Notes under the pieces: generated by a model | What the model was told of the DNA's origin: nothing | Seen by the model: only the letters and a program-made list of their open reading frames with translations | The model's database searches: none | Shown: positions 1 through 10,904 of the stretch, in pieces | How positions within the stretch are numbered: the stretch's first letter is position 1 | Layout: each line of letters opens with the position of its first letter | Program-made: the position numbers and the translations under genes | From: Leptospiraceae bacterium | GTDB taxonomy: Bacteria; Spirochaetota; Leptospiria; Leptospirales; Leptonemataceae | Assembly (NCBI GenBank): GCA_040217195.1 | Contig: JAVJNR010000003.1 | Coordinates: 224,001-288,000 of the forward strand | DNA length: 64,000 nucleotides | Direction: 5' to 3'

Positions 1-2
1 TA

Positions 3-1961
3 TTTCGCGGCCGGTACGGCGCCCGCTGGATGGGCGAAGATGGATTTCCTGAACTGGGGGTTCTGGTTACTCTGGAAAACTGTTCCAACGCAGATGCTTT
101 TGCATCATTTTTGACCGGCCTGGATTTTTTGCCGGCCAATGTAATTTCTGCCTCACAGGCCCCCGTTCGACCCAAGAACGTTTACACCATCAAAGTAGAT
201 TCAAGAAAAACAGGACAAACTCCCGGCCCACTGGCCATTTTTGATGCAGCCATGCAAAATCAGCAAGTTCCTCTTTTACTGCTTGGGTACGGCGAAAGAC
301 TGATTCTGGCAGATAAGATTCGAATCGCTAGATACATTGAACAAAATTCAGGACAGGCTCGTTCAGATGTTCTAAAATCAATGTTTCTTGAATCTGAGCT
401 GGTGAGGGGCCGCGAAAATGAAGGCTTCCTGGAGAATTCCTGGCAGCTGCTGGAATCCAGAGTCGCTGTTGTCGACCCTACCCATGATCCCGGAAAGTCC
501 ATGTCCTTAATATCATCTATGGGTCTTTTTGCTGCGGGAGAGGCACCTCTGATTCTAATACCAATATACCTGGAAATGGATCGCATTCGGGCCCGCAGAC
601 TGATGTCAGATGCAGGTCTATGGTCCGGATCCGGTTCCAGTTCGCCGCAACTGATCATCCCTGAATTCGATTCCAGGACTCTGCCTATATTGAAGTCCCA
701 TTTGCATTGCCTGTTTGAAGAAATGGATCGTAGTTTTCTAAAAGGATACTCCGAGCCAGATCTTTTATCTCTCTTTGGTGGAGGTTTGAATCAGCGAATG
801 GCTGATTTGATCCATCTGAGCATCCAGGAAATGGTTGCGGCCTGGAAAATTCGACCTCAGGAAAATGAAGAGCATATATCCTACGAAGCTGTTTCCACCC
901 TGGAGGATATATATGATTTTTCATTCGACACTGTATCGCAAAGATCAGCAGTAAATGTCACTGTATTAAATACAACTAAAGTCAAGCATCTGGAATCGTT
1001 TGACCTTGAGTTCAAATATCCACCAGGTTCGGTAGTGCTATTCGACGGTAAGCGACGTCGCTTGCTCCAGGCTTCAGAAAAAGAAAATGCGGAAAATTAC
1101 GCTACTGGTTCCTCTGCTGCCGTTATGCTGGGCGCCGAGCATGAGACCTTCTACTCCAGAACAAAAATTCAGCTACTGACCGATTTCTGGAAACATTATC
1201 AGCAGAACCAATCGGACTACCAGGTTGAAAGCAGGTTCGTAGCGGCCGGAGACAAGACCATTTCGGTGCAATTCATCCGTCCAGATGGGCCGGGGACGCC
1301 CCTATCTTCGGAAATAATGGACAGCCCCCGGAATTCGCAATGCCTGGAAGTGGAATGGAGTGCAGGCGAGCTGGAGTATCGAGATGCCATTACGGATCGC
1401 ATTATTAGCCGCACCGATGTGCGAACCGAGAGGTCCGAGTCTGCCGGAAAATTAATTCTTAGCCCGGATGAGATTCTACACGTACTGATCTCTTCTGATG
1501 AATTCGATTCTGACAGTCCTGCACCGGAACAAGAAAATTCCGACGAAGAAACAGAAAGCACCGGCTCGGAACAATCATCTGAACCGATGACTGTACCAAA
1601 CGAAGTCATCGATTTATTCGACCTGGAATTCAAGAAGGGAATCGCTCTTCTAGTTTCCAATCATGAAGATTTGCTTGAGACCAGGGTACAAATCGGTTCA
1701 GGAATCTTTCTAACTCTAATTCATAAGCCTGTGTTTAGCAGCAACTTGCTCTCAATCATTGAGTCCGATCTCTGCGGCGAGAATCTTCATGGAACGTCCA
1801 GAATACTCACAGGTCTTGCAGAAAACACCACACTGCTGGAACACTTCACTTTCCTGAAAAAGTTCAGAATACCATTTCAAACCAGGGAAGCCCCGGCTTC
1901 GAATGTGCCGCAACTACTGGACGAAAACTGGGAAGATATTGCTTCGGAGGAGCATTTATGA
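3..1961 (+). CDS. 5'-truncated large protein resembling the C-terminal half of Hrq1/MrfA(YprA)-type DEAH helicases, with degenerate motifs
   Basis: Frame is open from the window edge. ILKSHLHCLFEEM, LFGG, YPPGSVVLFDGKR and TFYSRT recall the HLxCAAxE / HPGAxYLHQG / YYT series of MrfA-like helicases. No QRAGRAGR motif and no C-terminal Cys4 (DUF1998) cluster. Confidence 0.5.
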   Translation, partial: FRGRYGARWMGEDGFPELGVLVTLENCSNADAFASFLTGLDFLPANVISASQAPVRPKNVYTIKVDSRKTGQTPGPLAIFDAAMQNQQVPLLLLGYGERLILADKIRIARYIEQNSGQARSDVLKSMFLESELVRGRENEGFLENSWQLLESRVAVVDPTHDPGKSMSLISSMGLFAAGEAPLILIPIYLEMDRIRARRLMSDAGLWSGSGSSSPQLIIPEFDSRTLPILKSHLHCLFEEMDRSFLKGYSEPDLLSLFGGGLNQRMADLIHLSIQEMVAAWKIRPQENEEHISYEAVSTLEDIYDFSFDTVSQRSAVNVTVLNTTKVKHLESFDLEFKYPPGSVVLFDGKRRRLLQASEKENAENYATGSSAAVMLGAEHETFYSRTKIQLLTDFWKHYQQNQSDYQVESRFVAAGDKTISVQFIRPDGPGTPLSSEIMDSPRNSQCLEVEWSAGELEYRDAITDRIISRTDVRTERSESAGKLILSPDEILHVLISSDEFDSDSPAPEQENSDEETESTGSEQSSEPMTVPNEVIDLFDLEFKKGIALLVSNHEDLLETRVQIGSGIFLTLIHKPVFSSNLLSIIESDLCGENLHGTSRILTGLAENTTLLEHFTFLKKFRIPFQTREAPASNVPQLLDENWEDIASEEHL

Positions 1962-3007
1962 AACGTTCGGAAGCCTCCCATCCGGCCCATTTGCAGAGGG
2001 ACTCCAATGAAAGGTACAGAGCAGATCTTTCCAGGGATTTTGTAAATATCAAGATCCATCGCCCGGAAATAAAACGAAGATCCTCCCAGCCTGCGTTTCT
2101 GGACCATCCGCTGCTGCGATGGGCATTCAAGAAGGTTCTGACCACCGCGGAAAGCCAGATTTCTGTGGAGTACTGCTATCGTTGTGAAGTACTTCTCGAA
2201 GGCGACACTTCCAGACTGGAGCCGCCCCTGCTATGCGAACCATGCGGCCAGGAGGTGTTCAGTCACCATTCCACCGAGGATGGAATGCAACCCGGGGATT
2301 CTCGGTCTAAGAACCCTCGAATCAGACCCTCCCATGACTTTCTAAATCGGTATTCTATTATTGAAAGCACAGGTGTGGATCCAGTTCGAGCGTCTGGAGT
2401 TCGTCTGCCAGAGCAAGTGGGCTCGAATTCCTCCGAAGTTCCATTTTGTATCTTTACAGGGAAATTCATAGGAGAAGAAAGCTTTCTAGTAGGCCCATTT
2501 AAAGCGCCAGCCTCGGTGGCTCGAAGATTGCTCCGCGGCCAGATAGATGAACTGGATGAGATCGCAAATGGAATGATTCTTCCTTTTCTTTCGCTTTACA
2601 ATCTTCATCCAGGGCAGATGCAGCTGGAGATTCACTGGGGCAGCCGGATCAGTAAAAACGCAGCAAGCCATCCAAGGTATCAAAAATTCGCCTATGTTAT
2701 CAATCCAGGGCTTCGAATACTGAAAATCGAAATCGATCTGTCCGATGGAGCACCGAATTACTATGAATTCATGCTTGCTCTAGTATCTCTGATTGGATGT
2801 TTTTGCAATGATAAAGAAATTGATCGCTACGGGGATCCTTCCAGCAACGATTTATTGATCTATCTTGAAGCGGAGCTTGTTTTTGCATTCAGCGCCAACA
2901 CAAAGAGTATGGAGCGATACGCTAAACAATTCCTACCCAAACACAGGCGTAACCGAATTAGAGACACCTACATGGAAGCCATTCGCAGCCGAAGGCCTCG
3001 CTCCTGA
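1958..3007 (+). CDS. hypothetical protein with CxxC...CxxC zinc ribbon; possible degenerate DA1-like zincin
   Basis: 349 aa ORF; ATGA overlap with the upstream gene; CYRC and CEPC motifs. Confidence 0.65.
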   Translation: MKRSEASHPAHLQRDSNERYRADLSRDFVNIKIHRPEIKRRSSQPAFLDHPLLRWAFKKVLTTAESQISVEYCYRCEVLLEGDTSRLEPPLLCEPCGQEVFSHHSTEDGMQPGDSRSKNPRIRPSHDFLNRYSIIESTGVDPVRASGVRLPEQVGSNSSEVPFCIFTGKFIGEESFLVGPFKAPASVARRLLRGQIDELDEIANGMILPFLSLYNLHPGQMQLEIHWGSRISKNAASHPRYQKFAYVINPGLRILKIEIDLSDGAPNYYEFMLALVSLIGCFCNDKEIDRYGDPSSNDLLIYLEAELVFAFSANTKSMERYAKQFLPKHRRNRIRDTYMEAIRSRRPRS

Positions 3008-3201
3008 TAGGCCAGGTTCTGCTTCGCCCGGTGGGTTTAGTCTCTGAATACCCCTATTAAGCTTCCGGGTGCGAAAGCCCCCGCATCTAGCTTATAATTC
3101 TGGATTCTGGTTACCAGCATTCCACCGCTTCCTGGAAGCCCCCGGAAGGTAATATTTGCAGCTCCGGGTGAATTTCAATAAACCTTTTTTATGGTTGCCG
3201 G

Positions 3202-3954
3202 ATGCTACGAACCTGCACTGGATGCATTATGCGAGCCGTGGATAATAGAAGGAACGGCAACCTGCATTATGGCGCTTCGAGAGCAGGCTATATTGCTGGA
3301 TTGACCAGCACTATTCTGTTACTGTCTATCTTCACCGGAAACTGCTTTCTGCATCCCATAAGTGGTACCGGACCATCCCAGGAACTCTTTGGCCTTTCTG
3401 ATGAGCAGTCCAATGAAAAGCTTTTTGCAGCACTCCTGGCTAGCTTGGCCAACCTGGACGCCAGTTCTGCAACTCACATCACACTTTATAATGCAGGAAC
3501 CACCGATGGAGATATGGGAGGCCTGAGCGGTGCCAACGCCATTTGTAATGCGTCCTCCAACAAACCAGAAGGAACCACTGGAGTGGCCTTCCTATCCACA
3601 TCGAGCCAGGCTTTATTGTTACTCCCTGGTGTTCCATTGGACCTACCAGTTCAGGGACCCAACGGATTACCTCTTGCCACAGATTGGTTCGACCTCTTCG
3701 GTTTTGAACAGACAATTTTGAACACCCTGGGCGATGCAGAGGTTTTACCCTTTGCCTCCAATGAGTTTTACTCGGGCACTGCTCCAGATGGATTTCCGGA
3801 GCCTGGATATACCTGTGATGACTGGAACAGCTCTGACAGCCGTTCGTTCTTTGCCACAGTGGGAATTGGAGATGAAACTTCTGATTTCTGGATTTCCCAC
3901 ACGGATCCTCCCGGCTGTAATGCGATTCTCTATCTACTCTGTGCAGCCTGGTAA
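3202..3954 (+). CDS. DUF1554 (endostatin-like/C-type lectin fold) putative lipoprotein; start uncertain
   Basis: DGDMGGLSGANAIC, AFLS, FYSGT, TCDDWNS and terminal LLCAAW; lipobox-like FTGNC. Confidence 0.8.
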   Translation: MLRTCTGCIMRAVDNRRNGNLHYGASRAGYIAGLTSTILLLSIFTGNCFLHPISGTGPSQELFGLSDEQSNEKLFAALLASLANLDASSATHITLYNAGTTDGDMGGLSGANAICNASSNKPEGTTGVAFLSTSSQALLLLPGVPLDLPVQGPNGLPLATDWFDLFGFEQTILNTLGDAEVLPFASNEFYSGTAPDGFPEPGYTCDDWNSSDSRSFFATVGIGDETSDFWISHTDPPGCNAILYLLCAAW

Positions 3955-4045
3955 TTTCCAGGCGCGGATTTGCTGGGCGGACCGCCCGGAATATTTTATT
4001 GTTTTTTTTTATTGATATATTTCCCTACCATATCCATTTTTCTGT

Positions 4046-4747
4046 ATGCTCGATGGGAGAAATCTCCAAAAGCTGATTTCCCGGATCAGAAACCAGCTCA
4101 CTTGCCTCTGGATTCTCTTTCCCCTGATATTAACCACAGCCTGCGTTTTGCATCCGGCTACCGGCACCGAACCATCCAGGGAACTTTTTGGGCTGAATGA
4201 CTCAAGGCCGGAAGATGCTTTGTTGATCTCAGGCTTAATCATGGGACTGGATGCGGCGCCTGCTACCCCGCAAATCATGCTCTACGCTGCTGGCAGTATG
4301 GATGGTGGCATGGGAGGTATCCAGAATGCTAACGGTTTCTGCCAGAGCTCCCCCAGCCAGCCGCCAGGCACTATGAGCAAGGCATTCCTTTCCACCTCGG
4401 ACCAGGACTTGATCAGTTTGCCAGGGGTCCCTGCGGATCTGGCTGTACGGGGGCCGAACGGTTCGTTGATAGCTGATAACTGGTCTGATCTATTTGGAAC
4501 TGGCGAATCAATCGAGAATTCTATGTACGATGCAGGCGTATTGCCCTTCCCCTCAAGTACATTCTATACAGGAACCGATGTCAATGGACAATCCAGTAAC
4601 TTGAATACCTGCCTTGACTGGAACAGCCCATCCCTTCAAGATACCGGAGCAGTAGGCATTGCCAACCTGACTGCGGAGAATTGGATCAACGGAGGCGCGC
4701 CCATGGAATGCGCCTATTCCCATTCTATCCTGTGCGCAGCCTGGTAA
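4046..4747 (+). CDS. DUF1554 putative lipoprotein, tandem paralog of 3202-3954
   Basis: DGGMGGIQNANGFC, KAFLS, FYTGT, TCLDWNS, ILCAAW; lipobox LTTAC. Confidence 0.8.
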   Translation: MLDGRNLQKLISRIRNQLTCLWILFPLILTTACVLHPATGTEPSRELFGLNDSRPEDALLISGLIMGLDAAPATPQIMLYAAGSMDGGMGGIQNANGFCQSSPSQPPGTMSKAFLSTSDQDLISLPGVPADLAVRGPNGSLIADNWSDLFGTGESIENSMYDAGVLPFPSSTFYTGTDVNGQSSNLNTCLDWNSPSLQDTGAVGIANLTAENWINGGAPMECAYSHSILCAAW

Positions 4748-4963
4748 TCCATTAGTTTAATCACCGGATTCCGGTACCAATCAGGGATTCCCGAAATCGC
4801 CAGGAACTCTACAATCCAGCGCCAAAGGTTTACCACTCATTTCCTGGCTGCCACCAGTTCCCGTAAAAACGATTCTACTATCCAGCGAACCCTTACTCTC
4901 CATCTCTGACCCTGGCGAGGCAATTGAACGGTAGCGCCAGCAATCTAAAATGGGAGGGAATCC

Positions 4964-5764
4964 ATGTGGTTAAGAACCAGCTGTAACTTTACCTTTGATA
5001 TTCAGTTTCCCACACCCTTTATCTGGATGCTTAGACCCCGCAGTGGTCCACTGCAATGGGTGGCCCGCGAAGAGTTCATGGTTCACCCTCAGGTTCCTGT
5101 TTTCGAATTCACAGATTCTTTTGGCAATCTTTGCCAGCGCATGGTGGCACCTCCAGGAAGATTTGAACTAAATACAAGCGCCGATGTGCATACTCCGGAT
5201 CAAATAGATCAGGGATTTGGTGAGCCAATGATTCTGGTTCAGTACCTACCGGAATCGGTGCTGCATTATTTGCTTCCCAGTCGTTATTGCGAATCGGATC
5301 GATTTAATTGGATGGCCACAGAAATCACTGCAGGCGAAAAGCCTGGCTATGACCAGGTGGCAGCTATCAATCAATGGCTTCAGTCCTCCATTCGATTTGA
5401 GCCGGGCAGCAGCGATATCCCCGTATCCGCTGTGGAAGTGAATCAAAGACAGGTTGGGGTCTGCCGGGATCTTTCGCATCTTGGAATTGCACTCTGTCGA
5501 GCAATGACCATCCCTGCCCGGCTGGTGGTAGGATATCTCCATGAACTGAAACCAATGGATTTACATGCCTGGTTCGAAGCTTTCGTTGGAGGACGATGGT
5601 ATAAATTTGATCCTACTCAAACTTCCTTGAGAGGCGGATATGTTGCCACCGGCTATGGAAGGGATGCCGCCGATGTTGCCATTTATAATCAGTTCGGCCC
5701 GCCGGTTTTCCCTCTATCCAACAAGGTAGAAATCGAAAAGCTGGAACGAGACGAACCCGCTTGA
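4964..5764 (+). CDS. transglutaminase-like family protein
   Basis: [46 protein letters not shown]. Confidence 0.92.
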   Translation: MWLRTSCNFTFDIQFPTPFIWMLRPRSGPLQWVAREEFMVHPQVPVFEFTDSFGNLCQRMVAPPGRFELNTSADVHTPDQIDQGFGEPMILVQYLPESVLHYLLPSRYCESDRFNWMATEITAGEKPGYDQVAAINQWLQSSIRFEPGSSDIPVSAVEVNQRQVGVCRDLSHLGIALCRAMTIPARLVVGYLHELKPMDLHAWFEAFVGGRWYKFDPTQTSLRGGYVATGYGRDAADVAIYNQFGPPVFPLSNKVEIEKLERDEPA

Positions 5765-5920
5765 TTGCCCGAGTCCATTAAGGACAGGCATTCCTGCTTG
5801 TTTGCTCAGTATCTTCCGTTTTTCTGACCATAGATTCGGAACTATTCTGAAACAGTGCCTTTGGTTGCCCCTGGTCCCCAATCAGCCCTGTCCGGGAATA
5901 TGCCCAGATAAAGAGGAACG

Positions 5921-6997
5921 ATGAACCGTATTACATTTCCAGGCGGAAGTGCCTTCTATCAAACTTTAAAGCAAAGGGTGGATGACTACTTCCAGACCAG
6001 TCGTAAAAGTAAAGCAGGCAATGCCTCCATGTATGTAAAGACCGGCATCATCCTGCTCTGGCTTGCTGCTTCCTATGTACTTCTAGTTTTCTTTTCTGCA
6101 TCCTTCATTATGGCTTTGATTACCGCATTCTTTGTGGCTCAGGGATTCGTTCTGGTCGGTTTCAACATTATGCATGATGCGAATCATGGCAGCTACAGCG
6201 AACGAAAAGGAATAAACCGTTTAATGGGCTGGACCCTGGATCTAATTGGCGGTAGCAGCCACCTATGGAAACACAAGCATAATGTACTGCATCATACATA
6301 TACGAATGTAGCTGACCTGGACGATGACCTGGATACAGGCGGTCTGCTCAGACTGAGCCCCACGCAAGAATGGAAACCCTGGCATAAGTTTCAACAATGG
6401 TATGCCTTCCCTCTTTATAGCCTGCTAACCATTTCCTGGTTGACCTTCTACGATTTTCAAAAGCTATTCACAGGACGTATTGGAAATCATCAGTTACCTC
6501 AGACTCTTTTACGCGATAAACTATTCTTCTTTCTTACCAAGGTATTCTATTTCACATATACCATTGCCATACCACTTTTTTTCCATCCCATACTCCATGT
6601 GCTTATGGGATTTCTGGCAATTCACATCGTAACTGGTATAACCCTGGCTGTTGTATTCCAGCTAGCTCATACCACACCGGCCACAGAATTTCCAGAGGCC
6701 AATGCAGATTCCGGAAGACTGCCGGAGGATTGGGCCACCCATCAGGTCAGGACAACGGCAGATTTCGCCCCCAATAATCCTGTGGTTAGCTGGTATCTGG
6801 GTGGTTTAAATTATCAGATCGAACACCATCTGTTCAGTCGAGTCTGCCATGTACATTATCCGGCTCTCAGCGAAATTGTACGCCAGACCTGCGAAGAGTT
6901 TTCTATTCGATATCAATCCTTTCCAACGGTGCGATCTGCTTTTATGGCCCATTGGCGGTTTCTGAGGGACCTGGGAAAACAGCCTGCCGCTGCATGA
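5921..6997 (+). CDS. acyl-CoA / fatty acid desaturase
   Basis: His boxes HDANH, HNVLHH and QIEHHLF; transmembrane segments. Confidence 0.93.
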   Translation: MNRITFPGGSAFYQTLKQRVDDYFQTSRKSKAGNASMYVKTGIILLWLAASYVLLVFFSASFIMALITAFFVAQGFVLVGFNIMHDANHGSYSERKGINRLMGWTLDLIGGSSHLWKHKHNVLHHTYTNVADLDDDLDTGGLLRLSPTQEWKPWHKFQQWYAFPLYSLLTISWLTFYDFQKLFTGRIGNHQLPQTLLRDKLFFFLTKVFYFTYTIAIPLFFHPILHVLMGFLAIHIVTGITLAVVFQLAHTTPATEFPEANADSGRLPEDWATHQVRTTADFAPNNPVVSWYLGGLNYQIEHHLFSRVCHVHYPALSEIVRQTCEEFSIRYQSFPTVRSAFMAHWRFLRDLGKQPAAA

Positions 6998-7258
6998 CTC
7001 CTTAGATCTGAAATTATCCCGCCGAAGGTAGATCCCAATGGCTTGAGCCTTTCAGAAGGGCTTATTTTCAGAACTGATCGGACTGTAGAGACTTTTATGC
7101 TGAATGGATTTTCTATTCTTTGAAGCTCGAAGGTTTCGCACCGATGAACCGGCAAAGGGCCAGAACCGGAAGTGTCTGTAAGATAACATCGCTCAGCTCG
7201 TCCCCTGGTGTCTGATTCTTAAGCCAGGTTAAATAATACCGGACCTCAATCATGAACC

Positions 7259-8170
7259 TCAGGAGCCCTTTCTGGATGGGTATTTTAGATAGGTAAGCAT
7301 CACTCCAATCAATACCAGCCCCAGCCCGAGTAAGTCCACAGCCTGCACCTCATCGCCAAAGGCCAGCCAGGCCATGATCATGGTAACCGGAGGTCCGAGG
7401 TAGAACAATGCAGCCACTCGGGTAGCATCCATTCGATGGATGAGCATCCACATCAAAGAATAGGCACCCAGCGAAACGGCAAGAATCAACCAGGCCATGG
7501 AAGCAATAAAGGCCGGATTCCAGTCCACGTACAGTCCTTCGAGGAAAATAGCAGGTAAGGCTACGGTACCCACGGTTGCAATGCTCTGGTAGAACAGCGA
7601 AAGGCCGCCAGGCATAGATTCATAATCCTCTTTCAGATTCAATCTACGCTGAAAAAGACTGGCCACCGTTATTGCGATTACCGAGCCCAGGGGAATCAAC
7701 CAGGCGAATACCTCTTCTGCATCACTAAAATTCACTCGCAGGACCACAGGTATGGCAACTCCTGCAAATCCGATGAATAAACCCATCCAGCGGTTCCAGG
7801 GAGTGGATTCGCCTGTAACGATGCCGGACAATGCTCCAGTCACCAGAGGCTGAAGCGCCACCACCAGGGCAACAATGCCTGCAGGCACTCCATAATCGAT
7901 GGCAATCAGAACACAGGAAAGCCAGACTCCATGCGCCAGTGCACCGTTAAACATCTGGGGCCAGACAATTTTCCACCCGGACCAGCGAAGCTGCCTGGTA
8001 ACGATTAGATACATTGCAAGAAGAACTGCCAGTGCCAGATACCGAAAGAATAGAAGGCTGAATGGCCCGGTGAAGGGTAAACCATACTCTGCGCCAATGA
8101 ATCCGGAGTTCCAGAGAAGCACGAAACCGATAATCAGTACGATGTTTGCCTGTTGATCTTTTTTCTCCAT
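7259..8170 (-). CDS. DMT/EamA family transporter
   Basis: About 10 hydrophobic helices; FVLLWNSGFIGA, VAALFYLGPP. Confidence 0.9.
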   Translation of the reverse strand: MEKKDQQANIVLIIGFVLLWNSGFIGAEYGLPFTGPFSLLFFRYLALAVLLAMYLIVTRQLRWSGWKIVWPQMFNGALAHGVWLSCVLIAIDYGVPAGIVALVVALQPLVTGALSGIVTGESTPWNRWMGLFIGFAGVAIPVVLRVNFSDAEEVFAWLIPLGSVIAITVASLFQRRLNLKEDYESMPGGLSLFYQSIATVGTVALPAIFLEGLYVDWNPAFIASMAWLILAVSLGAYSLMWMLIHRMDATRVAALFYLGPPVTMIMAWLAFGDEVQAVDLLGLGLVLIGVMLTYLKYPSRKGS

Positions 8171-8373
8171 GCGAATTGTGGAGCCCTTCTTAGAATTGAA
8201 GTAGTCACAGCGCCAGAAGAATTTTTGCAGAAAAACGGTCTGCCCCAGGATCCGAAAGCAGAATTACACTCGAAACATCGATTCTGATGCAGAGCTTACT
8301 GTCTTTCGAGAGTCGAATCCAGACATTAGTTATAGGCCTTGACATTTTTCGAAAACCACCTGGCATATGAACC

Positions 8374-8907
8374 ATGGGCATTGATAATTCTCAAAAAGCA
8401 ACCCTGCGGGATACGAAAACTCAGCGGAATGGAAATAGTTCCAGGCAGATCACTTTGATTCGGTTATCCTTGTTCATTCTGCTCTCTGGCCTTGTGACCA
8501 CAGCGATCCATTGCAGCTTCCATTGCGGAACCAATCCTTCCAACAGGATCAAGCTTCCCATTCAATCAGATAAGTCCGCCGCCGAAGTACAGACCGCAGT
8601 CCAGCAAGCATTGCCCGAAATCAAAGCTGCAATACAGGAAGATCTAATACAGACATTCCCGGAATTCGATATCGCAAGCACAGAAGGAACCTGGTTTTCC
8701 GTATCTAGAGGTAGTGCCATTCTAAACGGTAAGGATTACTCCTACTGTGAACTTGTAATTCGGCTGAAGTATGATGGCCGCTCCCCATCATTTGAGGAGG
8801 TGCGAAATCTACTGATGAAGTCTGCCAGGAGCTCCCTGGAAAAGGATGGATGGACTGTAGTTCCGGTAAACTCTCTGGGTTTTCCGGTATTCGACCAGGT
8901 CCCTTAG
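8374..8907 (+). CDS. hypothetical exported/lipoprotein
   Basis: 177 aa ORF with a hydrophobic segment followed by Cys; TTGACA at 8339-8344 upstream. Confidence 0.55.
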   Translation: MGIDNSQKATLRDTKTQRNGNSSRQITLIRLSLFILLSGLVTTAIHCSFHCGTNPSNRIKLPIQSDKSAAEVQTAVQQALPEIKAAIQEDLIQTFPEFDIASTEGTWFSVSRGSAILNGKDYSYCELVIRLKYDGRSPSFEEVRNLLMKSARSSLEKDGWTVVPVNSLGFPVFDQVP

Positions 8908-9061
8908 TACAGGTATCTTGCCTTTTGGCCATGGCGGTTCCCTTCCGGAATTCCATGGTAGGCCCGGGCCCTTGCTTCAATCCTTCCATGAACGAAATCC
9001 CTGGCCTGACATTAAACAAGGAAAGTCGGGACCGGGAATTTTTGCATTGACCGGATAGGCG

Positions 9062-10717
9062 ATGAAGCCTCCCAACCTTTCCATTATGCGAAATCTCAAT
9101 GGAATCACGATTTCTCTTTTTCTATTTCTCAATACAGCGTTACAGGCTGCCCCTTTCGAATTTCCGGATACAGCCGTGTATCATTACAATGTGACTTACA
9201 ACGGAACATGGGGGCCCGCCGGCGCAGAACTTCCCTGGCTACAAGCTCAAATGAACTTCAACCCCAGGGTTGTGGACTATCCCTGCTGTCCTGTTATTCT
9301 ACTGAGCACCCGCCTTGCCCAGGGCAGCACTGGCGATCTGAAAGGCCTAACTCAGAGTCCTCCCGGTACAATCAGCCTTTATGCACCCATCGTCCGGATG
9401 GGTGTTCGCTTACAGGGAAATGGCCCGGTCTATTTGTCGCAAAGCACAGATTATGGAGTCATCAAAACCGTAACCCTGACTCAATCCAGCCCGCCGGCAA
9501 CAGCCAGTTCCAGTCTCTGGCACTGGTTACAGTTCTCATTTGACAGCGCCTTCAATGTGAATCCAGCCGTTTCGAATTATAACCGGGCAAGCAATTCTGC
9601 GCCATCCACTCCCACCAACTACGGTCCATCCGAAAACCTCAAGGAAAAGGGATACTATCTGGTAGATGGACAACTTCGCTTTCCAGCACCCATCAACGAT
9701 CTACGAACCAGATATGACCAGAGTCAGGGAAGTTTATTTCGACTGATCATGGATGAATCCTGGATGAGTCATTATGACATCGTTATCCTATCGCAAAAAG
9801 ATGGCCATTACTCGGGAGCCGCCATTCCACATCTTCGCATCACCAATGGAAGGCCCAATAGTTTTGTGAGATTTCATTTTCTGGCCCTGTACGAACCCTA
9901 TTACAACAAAGATGCAACTCTGGTGAGTAACACTCGTTTCCTGTTCGTGCAGAAAGCCTGGGGATCCCTTTCTTCGCGCAAAGGACAGATTTGCCTGCAT
10001 GCGGAATGCATCCAGGGAGACTCAGAGAAAGAGGAAAAGGAAGAACCTAAACGACGACCGGATCCAAGAAAAAAGCCTCCGATCGAAGTGAAGCCAGGAA
10101 AGGACAAGCCTGTTATTCTAGATAGAATTCGCAAAGAGAATGAAATGCAGGCCGTCCAGAGAGATCGACTGTTCAAACCTGAAATCAAACTTCCGGGATC
10201 CTGGAAGCCCCTGGCGCCGGCCCGGGTGGCCGTTCGACTGATTGCCGCTCCGGGATCAGACCTGAATGGAGTGAGCCTTCAATTTTCCGCCTATAGAAAA
10301 TCAGATAATCGTCTCACCAGGGCCACTTTGCAGCGCGAAAAGTACAGTCCCGTGGATGCACGTTATCACCAGTCAAAATTTGATCCGCCCATCAATCAAA
10401 TTCATCCTGCACCCTTAGACGAAGAGCGATACTATCTAAACATTGATGATTCCCCGGGTACGGAATATGGCTTCAGCTGTAGTGTAATCTATCGGACTAC
10501 CGGCCATAATTGCTCGGCGGGTAATCCCAATGAAACTATAGTTTCGGTTACTCTGATCACTTCCGTTGATGGAAGGAATCCAAAGCGAAAAGAGTTTCGA
10601 CGATTTGAAGATGCCTTTGCAGCCTACCGTGTGGCTCAGGCATATTCCGCCCAGAAGTATCTGCCGGATGAAGATTCCTATTTACTATTTGAAATACAGT
10701 TTAAAAAGCCAGAGTAG
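9062..10717 (+). CDS. hypothetical secreted protein
   Basis: 551 aa ORF; signal peptide ending ALQA; charged Pro/Lys linker mid-protein. Confidence 0.7.
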   Translation: MKPPNLSIMRNLNGITISLFLFLNTALQAAPFEFPDTAVYHYNVTYNGTWGPAGAELPWLQAQMNFNPRVVDYPCCPVILLSTRLAQGSTGDLKGLTQSPPGTISLYAPIVRMGVRLQGNGPVYLSQSTDYGVIKTVTLTQSSPPATASSSLWHWLQFSFDSAFNVNPAVSNYNRASNSAPSTPTNYGPSENLKEKGYYLVDGQLRFPAPINDLRTRYDQSQGSLFRLIMDESWMSHYDIVILSQKDGHYSGAAIPHLRITNGRPNSFVRFHFLALYEPYYNKDATLVSNTRFLFVQKAWGSLSSRKGQICLHAECIQGDSEKEEKEEPKRRPDPRKKPPIEVKPGKDKPVILDRIRKENEMQAVQRDRLFKPEIKLPGSWKPLAPARVAVRLIAAPGSDLNGVSLQFSAYRKSDNRLTRATLQREKYSPVDARYHQSKFDPPINQIHPAPLDEERYYLNIDDSPGTEYGFSCSVIYRTTGHNCSAGNPNETIVSVTLITSVDGRNPKRKEFRRFEDAFAAYRVAQAYSAQKYLPDEDSYLLFEIQFKKPE

Positions 10718-10904
10718 AAAAACTTCTGTCAGCAGGCAGGAGCAACCGGCTCGTCCCGGGCCATGCGAATATCTCCGGCTTATCGCCAGGCCTGCTGCTG
10801 TGGGTAGGATTGGTTCCACCGGGTCTCGGTTTCTGGAGGGACAACCAGAAAGGCCATGGACTAAAGCTATGGACTTCCAGCTGTTTTTTCTGGATTTTGA
10901 CTCC

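Noticed and set aside
3202..4747. Diversity-generating retroelement targeting the DUF1554 genes
   Set aside because: No reverse transcriptase or adenine-specific TR/VR pair is seen; the differences are not confined to A positions.
10566..10904. Long N-terminal extension of YceI
   Set aside because: It overlaps the upstream gene and does not look protein-like; the real start is likely downstream.
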